A DNA stretch of 64,000 nt from NCBI GenBank assembly GCA_031263535.1, contig JAISFO010000023.1, positions 16,516 to 80,515 of the forward strand, given 5' to 3'. Shown here in pieces: positions 57,984 through 64,000 of this stretch (position 1 is the first letter of the stretch; each line of letters begins with the position of its first letter). The DNA comes from Holosporales bacterium (GTDB lineage: Bacteria > Pseudomonadota > Alphaproteobacteria > UBA3830 > JAIRWN01). Position numbers and translations under genes: made by a program. The notes below the pieces were generated by a model. That model was not told the origin of the DNA and ran no database searches. It saw only the letters and a program-made list of their open reading frames with translations.

Positions 57984-59345
57984 ATGCCGTCAATGGAAGA
58001 AATCATTTCACTTTGCAAAAGACGAGGATTTGTCTTTCAGAGTTCTGATTTATACGGTGGCCTTCAAGGTGTTTATGACTTTGGCCCTTTGGGCGTTGAG
58101 CTGAAAAACAACCTTAAGCAGGCTTGGTGGCGGGCTATGGTCTATATGCGCGACGATATTGAGGGCTTGGATTCTTCGGTTTTAACGCACCGCATGACCT
58201 TAAAGCATTCCGGTCATGAAAGTACTTTTACCGACCCTATGGTCGACTGCAAAAATTGCAAATGCAGGATGCGCGCCGATCATCTGGTTGACGGCAAGTG
58301 CGATAGTTGTGGATCAAAAAACCTCACAGAGCCAAGAAACTTCAACCTTATGTTCAAGGCGAACTTTGGCCCTGTCGAGGATGAGTCAAGCTATGTCTAT
58401 CTGCGGCCAGAGACCGCGCAGGGCATATTCGTGAATTTTGGAAATGTGTTGGATTCCACGTCAAGGAAGATACCTTTTGGCATCGCCCAAATCGGCAAAT
58501 CATTTCGAAATGAAGTAACTACTAAGAATTTCATATTCAGGGTTCGAGAATTTGAACAGATGGAGCTGGAGTTTTTTGTCAAGCCCGGTACAGATGAGCA
58601 ATGGCATAAATTTTGGGTGCAAGAGAGGTTTAATTGGTGGCTAAGCCAAGGAATTAGCGCGGACAACCTGCAACTTCAGCCTCAGGATAAAGACGATTTG
58701 TCGCATTATTCTAAGGCTACCACTGATATACTGTACAAATTCCCCCATGGGTTTGAGGAAATTGAAGGAATTGCGAACAGGACAGATTTTGACCTCGGGT
58801 CTCACTCTAAAAATCAATCAGAGCTCAATTTGCTTGCAAAAGTGCTTGAAAATAAGGACTCCAACGCAAAGTTTTTGATACAAGACGGTGACTCTTCTTA
58901 TGTTCCATTCGCAATAGAGCCGTCGGCCGGGCTTGACCGTGGGGTTCTGGCGATCTTGACCGAAGCATATAAAAAGGAAATGTTAGAGAACGGACAGGAG
59001 CGAATAGTGCTTAAGCTTAAGCCAAGCCTTGCCCCGTTTAAGGCCGCTGTTGTGCCTTTGGCCCGCAACAATGAGAAAATTGTTGCTAAAGCAAAGGATA
59101 TCACGGAACAATTGCGCAAGGCGTTAATTTGTCGCGTTAAGTACGAAGATACTGGCAATATAGGCAAAGCCTACAGACGTCATGACGAAATTGGCACCCC
59201 TGTTTGCATAACGGTTGATTTCGATACCTTTGAAGGCGGCCAGGAAACGGTAACAGTCAGGGACCGAGACTCTATGGAGCAGCGCAGAATCCCTGTATCA
59301 GACCTGAAGGACCACGTTGCATCTGTTGTATCCTCTGCAGGTTAA
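57984..59345 (+). CDS. glyQS: glycine--tRNA ligase, homodimeric (alpha2) type
   Basis: 453 aa; N-terminus [22 protein letters not shown], motif 2 region [14 protein letters not shown] and a C-terminal anticodon-binding domain. Confidence 0.93.
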   Translation: MPSMEEIISLCKRRGFVFQSSDLYGGLQGVYDFGPLGVELKNNLKQAWWRAMVYMRDDIEGLDSSVLTHRMTLKHSGHESTFTDPMVDCKNCKCRMRADHLVDGKCDSCGSKNLTEPRNFNLMFKANFGPVEDESSYVYLRPETAQGIFVNFGNVLDSTSRKIPFGIAQIGKSFRNEVTTKNFIFRVREFEQMELEFFVKPGTDEQWHKFWVQERFNWWLSQGISADNLQLQPQDKDDLSHYSKATTDILYKFPHGFEEIEGIANRTDFDLGSHSKNQSELNLLAKVLENKDSNAKFLIQDGDSSYVPFAIEPSAGLDRGVLAILTEAYKKEMLENGQERIVLKLKPSLAPFKAAVVPLARNNEKIVAKAKDITEQLRKALICRVKYEDTGNIGKAYRRHDEIGTPVCITVDFDTFEGGQETVTVRDRDSMEQRRIPVSDLKDHVASVVSSAG

Positions 59346-59481
59346 GTCTAAGAAAATAGGAAATGCATAATCCTTAGTGCATTAAGGCTTAATCTTTAAG
59401 TATTTCTCCCACGCTACCCAATCGTTGCGATAATTTTTTAAGTGAGCACTTTTCGCGTCTATTTAATTTGATATTTATTGA

Positions 59482-59510
59482 TATGATAGTATCATTATGA
59501 TACTATCAAT
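59482..59510. promoter_or_regulatory. perfect palindrome (14-bp arms, 1-nt centre), candidate operator upstream of fic
   Basis: attgatagtatcat t atgatactatcaat-type symmetry. The core tgatagtatcat (59484-59495) and atgatactatca (59497-59508) were verified base by base. Ends 19 nt before the fic ATG. Confidence 0.5.
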
Positions 59511-59528
59511 CCGTATTGTAAGGCTTCT

Positions 59529-60497
59529 ATGTTTAAGAAACCGCCGTTTCGTATGACTTCGATTATCATCGACTGTATTCAAAAGATTTGCATCATTTTG
59601 GGGCGGATAGATTATTGCAATTTCAGAGTACACAGCGATGTTCATCTGAGGAAGATCACAAACATCAGATCTGTAAAATCAAGTCTGGCCATTGAAGGAC
59701 ATAGCCTGATGATTGAGCAGGTTAGCGATATCCTGAACGGTCAAGTCGTAATTGCTCCGCAACATGACATAATCGCCGTTAAAAATGCTATGTCAGTCTA
59801 TGAAATGTTTGATCTAATCGACGCTTTTAGCATAGATGACCTTGTAAAAGTTCATGGCATAATGATGAAAGATTTACTTCCAGATGCGGGAAATTTCAGA
59901 CAAAGCGGCGTAGGACTTTTCAAGGGAAAGCAGGTCGTACACGTTGCCCCTCCGCACAAAAACGTATCCAGACTTATGGCTGATCTATTCACATATTTAA
60001 AGGGATCAGACGATAGCCTATTGATAAAATCTTGCGTTTTCCATTATGAGTTTGAGTTTATTCATCCGTTTCTTGACGGTAATGGCCGTATGGGTCGTTT
60101 GTGGCAGCAACTTATACTTGCAAGACAACATCCTGTTTTTAAACTGGTCTGTATTGAGGAATTGCTGGAAAAATATCAAAGTGAATATTACGACGCTTTG
60201 CATGAAAGCGATCTTGCTGGAAGTTCGGAAAAATTTATCGAATTTATGCTGAACATTATCTTGCAATCATTAGCAATTTTGGAAACGCAGATACAACCGG
60301 CTGGCGGAGGAAAATGCGAGGATCGCCTAGCATATGCAAAAGGCTTTTTGGATAATTTCAGAAGGAAAGATTATTTGAATTTGTTCAAAAAAATATCACC
60401 AGCAACCGCAAGTCGCGATCTGATAAATGGCGTTAAACGCAGTATTTTGGAAACTACAAATAACAAAAATCAAACGATCTACAAATTCAAGAGATGA
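59529..60497 (+). CDS. fic: Fic family protein (class II, with N-terminal inhibitory helix)
   Basis: Canonical active site HPFLDGNGRMGR (HxFx(D/E)GNGRxxR). SLAIEG matches the (S/T)xxxE(G/N) inhibitory motif. The C-terminal region looks like a winged helix. Confidence 0.9.
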   Translation: MFKKPPFRMTSIIIDCIQKICIILGRIDYCNFRVHSDVHLRKITNIRSVKSSLAIEGHSLMIEQVSDILNGQVVIAPQHDIIAVKNAMSVYEMFDLIDAFSIDDLVKVHGIMMKDLLPDAGNFRQSGVGLFKGKQVVHVAPPHKNVSRLMADLFTYLKGSDDSLLIKSCVFHYEFEFIHPFLDGNGRMGRLWQQLILARQHPVFKLVCIEELLEKYQSEYYDALHESDLAGSSEKFIEFMLNIILQSLAILETQIQPAGGGKCEDRLAYAKGFLDNFRRKDYLNLFKKISPATASRDLINGVKRSILETTNNKNQTIYKFKR

Positions 60498-60685
60498 GAA
60501 TTATACAAAAATAACATTTACATCACTTTCTGTTAGACATTTCTCGTTCCTTTTAAAATAGTTTAATTCCAGCCTGTTAGACCCGATACACGCTCAATCT
60601 CATACTATTACTATATGAGATTATATGAGTTTATATTAGATTAACCAACTTTTTTAATCAGATTCTTTCGTCTTAGCCTTAAAAG

Positions 60686-61477
60686 TCACATACCCTCCAG
60701 CAGTTTATCTATGCCGGTTTTGCGCCTAGGCACTTGGGGTGCGCGGGCTGAGTTACAACCTTTGGTATGAGCATTTGAAGCCGTAGGACTTGGCTGTCTG
60801 ACGCTGCTGTAAACAATAGCTCGGCTTCCTTTCTCGTTCAGTAAAGGGATATATGGAATTTTGTGAGGCAGCTGACCGTACCCACCACTGGTTTTGTGCC
60901 CTGGATAGTATGGATAAGGCTTGCGACGCCTGAGCAGAGCGGCTATGCGGCTTTCTTCTGGTAAGCATTTTACCTGCACGCGAAAGACCCCCTTATCGTA
61001 TCCTTTAAGGATCTTGGCAACCCCTAAAGAAACATCGATGATGCGGCTTTTAGGCTTGAAAAATGGCCCCCTGTCATTCACCAGAACTTTTATACTTCTC
61101 CCATTTTCTAAATTAGTTATCCTTACAACGCAGGGCAGCGGCAATGTCTTATGCGCGGCGCTAAGCCTTCTGCAATCAAACCTCATCCCACTTGCTGTTA
61201 AGTTACCATGCGCCTCGTACCCATACCAGGACGCATATCCTACAGCGTTATATCTGTAGTGCATTTGCGGACGATATAGGGTTCTTCTGTCGACGTAAGG
61301 CCGCTCGCTTCCCGCGTGCCAGGGGCCTTTTTTGGAGATTCTAAAGGACCTGTACGGTGAGCATGAGGTCAAAATCAGCGCAAGGAAAATCCCCTGTAAA
61401 AGCAACCTCGAACGACAGGTATGAATGCTGAGTGTCTGTAATAATGTCATTTTCAGGAATACAAGCACACTATTCAT
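60686..61477 (-). CDS. rlpA: septal ring lytic transglycosylase RlpA family lipoprotein
   Basis: Lipobox LILTSC. DPBB domain GYASWYGYEAHGNLTASGMRFD...VVRITNLENGRSIKVLVNDRGPF. Confidence 0.85.
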   Translation of the reverse strand: MNSVLVFLKMTLLQTLSIHTCRSRLLLQGIFLALILTSCSPYRSFRISKKGPWHAGSERPYVDRRTLYRPQMHYRYNAVGYASWYGYEAHGNLTASGMRFDCRRLSAAHKTLPLPCVVRITNLENGRSIKVLVNDRGPFFKPKSRIIDVSLGVAKILKGYDKGVFRVQVKCLPEESRIAALLRRRKPYPYYPGHKTSGGYGQLPHKIPYIPLLNEKGSRAIVYSSVRQPSPTASNAHTKGCNSARAPQVPRRKTGIDKLLEGM

Positions 61478-61514
61478 GCTTAATCAAGCAAATTAGCGCG
61501 CCAAATAGGCAAGG

Positions 61515-61823
61515 CTATTGCTGATTGCCAGCAATCAATTCAAGATCTTCTTCGGTGTAGTCCAGCTTATAACTTTTTGCTGCATCGAAAACAGTTAGTA
61601 TATTATCAAAAACTGAGCAATATCCGTCCGATACTGGGATCGTCTCGACCTCATTGCCGTTTTTGATAACGACGTTGCCGGCAGTAATTTTGGCGAAGTA
61701 AGGTATGTGATTTGCCAGAATCCCAACTTGCCCCTCTGTTGTGGGCAGTAAAACCATAGAGGCCTCTCCCTCAAACACAGGCGCTTTATCAGAGAAAACC
61801 TGCACCGTGAAACTGCCGCTCAT
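61515..61823 (-). CDS. atpC: F-type ATP synthase epsilon subunit, short form
   Basis: 102 aa. The N-terminal beta-sandwich pattern FTVQVFSDKAPVFEGEASMVLLPTTEGQVGILANHIP fits epsilon. The C-terminal helical hairpin is largely absent. Confidence 0.65.
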   Translation of the reverse strand: MSGSFTVQVFSDKAPVFEGEASMVLLPTTEGQVGILANHIPYFAKITAGNVVIKNGNEVETIPVSDGYCSVFDNILTVFDAAKSYKLDYTEEDLELIAGNQQ

Positions 61824-61910
61824 ACACTTACTTATAGGTAACCAACCTGATTATAGACCTTGATACCCGGCTTACAAAGTGAAATTTGGCGCCTTTGATA
61901 GATTTTGAAA

Positions 61911-62582
61911 TTAGAAATCCAAATCGCGGTAGTATGATGGGGGTGGAACGGCCGGCACGTGATCATCCAGGATAGGCCTAAAGCTGGGGCGTGATTTGAC
62001 CTTTGCATACCATTCTTTGACAACCGGATGCTTCGACCAGGATATTGCACCTATATAATCCAAGCAGGATATATGCCCGGCCGCCACTAGATCCGCAAGT
62101 GACAACTCTGTTCCCGCAAGGTAATTCCTGCCCTCTAGCAAGCTTGCGATGTAGGCGAAGTGCCGGTCCATATTACAGTTGGCCCTTCTGATTACTGACG
62201 AGTCTGGAACGCCTTCGTGCAGGTTGCGCTTCATGGTCTTTTCGTAAAGCATCATGTGAGAAACCTCGCTGTAAAACGTCTGATTAAACCAATCGCTTAA
62301 TCTGCGTATTTCAAGCATTTGCTGAAAATCTTGACCAATCAGCTTGGTTCCTGAATCATATTTTCGGTTAAGATAATCAACAATTGCGCCGTTTCCTGCA
62401 ATGATTTCACCAGTTGCGTCAACCAAAAGCGGAACCTGTCCGCTGGGATGTATGCTGGTGAATTCTGGCCTGTGCTCCCAATATCTTTCGACAATCAGGG
62501 CATACTCCAGCCCCTTTTCGCCCAGCACGAGCCGTACAGTTCTGCAAAAAGGACATAACCAATAGTGATAAAGTGAACGCAT
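61911..62582 (-). CDS. glutathione S-transferase family protein
   Basis: 223 aa with an N-terminal thioredoxin-like fold carrying CPFC, and a C-terminal GST helical domain. Confidence 0.75.
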   Translation of the reverse strand: MRSLYHYWLCPFCRTVRLVLGEKGLEYALIVERYWEHRPEFTSIHPSGQVPLLVDATGEIIAGNGAIVDYLNRKYDSGTKLIGQDFQQMLEIRRLSDWFNQTFYSEVSHMMLYEKTMKRNLHEGVPDSSVIRRANCNMDRHFAYIASLLEGRNYLAGTELSLADLVAAGHISCLDYIGAISWSKHPVVKEWYAKVKSRPSFRPILDDHVPAVPPPSYYRDLDF

Positions 62583-62656
62583 TTCACATATATCGTACCT
62601 ACTTAAGAATAAAGCAATAATATGCTAAAAGCATAATATTTGATTAAACGTTTCAA

Positions 62657-63454
62657 ATGGATACGTTACAAGCCATAGTAACCGGGGCGATTCAGGGGAT
62701 AACCGAGTTTATTCCGGTCAGCTCCTCAGCGCATTTAGCAGGGCTGCCGCTCATCATGAAATGGTCGGATCCAGGACACGCGGCAGATGTATTTTTGCAT
62801 TTTGGCTCGCTATTTGCGGTGTTCGTGGTGTTTTGGAAAGATATTGCGCTTATTTTAAAGGGCGCTTTGCATATCGTCACTCGCCAAGCCAGCGATCAAA
62901 GGACGTATGCTTTATCGCTGTTAACCGCCAGCATACCCACCATTGTGGTATTCGGCATTGTAGAGGTCTTCTTCCCGCTTAGGATAAATTCGCTGATGTT
63001 TATTGCCTCAAACTCCATACTTTTTGGTGTGCTGCTGTGGCTGGCAGATCGCCGGTCAACGTCGCCTAGCAAACAAGTATCCTGTAAAGACGCGCTTATT
63101 GTAGGATTTTTTCAAGTATTTTCAATTATTCCAGGCGCAAGCAGGTTAGGGACATGCCTGACAGGTATGCGTATATTGGGCTATGACAGGATTACTTCTT
63201 TTAGATTTTCCATTTTAATGTCAATTATTCCCGTCGCTGGGGCGGTTTTTCTTAAAGCTTTAAAAGTTTTATTTTCCGTTGTGTCTCTGCCTTGGGACGG
63301 AATGATATTGTCATGCTTGGTAGCATTCGCTTTTGGTATATTGACTTTAAAAGTGGTACTGGCATGGCTTAAGAATGGATCGTTTTTGCCGTTTGTCTTG
63401 TATAGAATAGGCCTTGGGGCAGCGCTTATCGGCCTATATACGGCGGCCTTTTAG
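62657..63454 (+). CDS. uppP: undecaprenyl-diphosphate phosphatase
   Basis: 265 aa; BacA motif GITEFIPVSSSAHL and eight TM segments. Confidence 0.92.
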   Translation: MDTLQAIVTGAIQGITEFIPVSSSAHLAGLPLIMKWSDPGHAADVFLHFGSLFAVFVVFWKDIALILKGALHIVTRQASDQRTYALSLLTASIPTIVVFGIVEVFFPLRINSLMFIASNSILFGVLLWLADRRSTSPSKQVSCKDALIVGFFQVFSIIPGASRLGTCLTGMRILGYDRITSFRFSILMSIIPVAGAVFLKALKVLFSVVSLPWDGMILSCLVAFAFGILTLKVVLAWLKNGSFLPFVLYRIGLGAALIGLYTAAF

Positions 63455-63455
63455 C

Positions 63456-64000
63456 ATGAAAAAAGTCAGAAAAGCAATATTTCCTGTCGGAGGCATGGGA
63501 ACCAGGTTTTTGCCGGCGACCAAGGCTATGCCAAAAGAAATGCTGCCGGTTATTGACAAGCCGCTTATTCAGTACGCCGTCGAAGAAGCGCTCGACGCCG
63601 GGATAGAGGAGCTTATATTCATAACTGGCCGAGGAAAAACCGCGATAGAAGACCACTTTGACTACAGCATTGAGCTTGAGTCGATGCTGGCAGCCAGAGG
63701 AAATGATCGGTTTATAGATGAAGTCAACAAGCTGATCCTGCCTGTCGGCCGAGTATATTACGTAAGACAACAAAAACCGCTGGGGCTTGGGCATGCTGTG
63801 TGGTGTGCCCGAAATTTGATCGGCGACGAGCCGTTTGCCGTAATCCTAGCGGACGATCTTATATTTGGACAGAATTGTCTGAAAGAATTAGTCTCGGCCT
63901 GTAATAACGGCAATGTGGTGGCTGTAATGCGCGTAGGTCCCGAACAAGTCGATAAATACGGTATATTGGACACAGATGCTTGCTCAGGCAACGTCGTTAA
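63456..64000 (+). CDS. galU: UTP--glucose-1-phosphate uridylyltransferase (partial, continues beyond the window)
   Basis: Not in the ORF track because no stop falls in the window. ATG at 63456, then MKKVRKAIFPVGGMGTRFLPATKAMPKEMLPVIDKPLIQYAVEEA. The minus-strand ORFs 63426..63794 and 63758..63991 are its antisense shadows. Confidence 0.9.
   Translation, partial: MKKVRKAIFPVGGMGTRFLPATKAMPKEMLPVIDKPLIQYAVEEALDAGIEELIFITGRGKTAIEDHFDYSIELESMLAARGNDRFIDEVNKLILPVGRVYYVRQQKPLGLGHAVWCARNLIGDEPFAVILADDLIFGQNCLKELVSACNNGNVVAVMRVGPEQVDKYGILDTDACSGNVV

Noticed and set aside
63426-63991. Minus-strand ORFs 63426..63794 and 63758..63991 at the right edge.
   Set aside because: The plus strand here encodes an unmistakable GalU N-terminus (FPVGGMGTRFLPATKAMPKEMLPV). 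That gene is missing from the ORF track only because it runs off the window.

Overview
The window is a gene-dense bacterial chromosome segment, moderately AT-rich by eye. It is mostly housekeeping genes. These include seven aminoacyl-tRNA synthetase genes (metG, pheS, pheT, lysS, cysS, gltX, glyQS), secDF, uvrC, pgsA, lepA, dapD, fabH, def-fmt, miaB-ybeY-corC, pal, rbfA, uppP, galU (runs off the right edge) and a carbohydrate ABC importer. Several traits suggest an alphaproteobacterium with a host-associated or intracellular lifestyle: an hsp20-DUF1150 pair behind a ROSE-like leader, a DUF721/DciA-like gene, a patatin-like phospholipase, BspA-type LRR proteins, a Fic protein and ProP-type MFS carriers. 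This taxonomic reading is inference, not proof. No transposase, integrase, CRISPR array or tRNA gene was found. The unusual content is in the accessory islets. (1) Three tandem cassettes of an unrecognised secreted-protein family (3400-8095) are each copied with their promoter and terminator. One copy is intact, one has lost its stop through a T10/A10 tract, and one is broken by a deletion and frameshift. (2) A 5S rRNA gene (8177-8295) has no 23S upstream of it. (3) An LRR-like ORF is bracketed by 95-bp inverted repeats, the left arm being an orphan inverted copy of the gene's own 3' end. (4) A 146-bp inverted duplication of the 5' end of the sugar-binding-protein gene faces a surface-protein gene, whose leader carries a G11 tract lying between a good SD-ATG and the long ORF. 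A paralogous surface-protein gene has its lipoprotein signal peptide out of frame at a T4 run. (5) An HMG-CoA synthase gene is paired with a divergent class-I-like HMG-CoA reductase gene. (6) A class II Fic gene sits behind a perfect 14-bp-arm palindrome. The recurring pattern is an inverted repeat, a homopolymer tract and an anomalous 5' end at surface or secreted protein genes. This may reflect switching or ongoing decay of the surface repertoire. All similarity statements come from hand alignment and from remembered family motifs; no database search was run.
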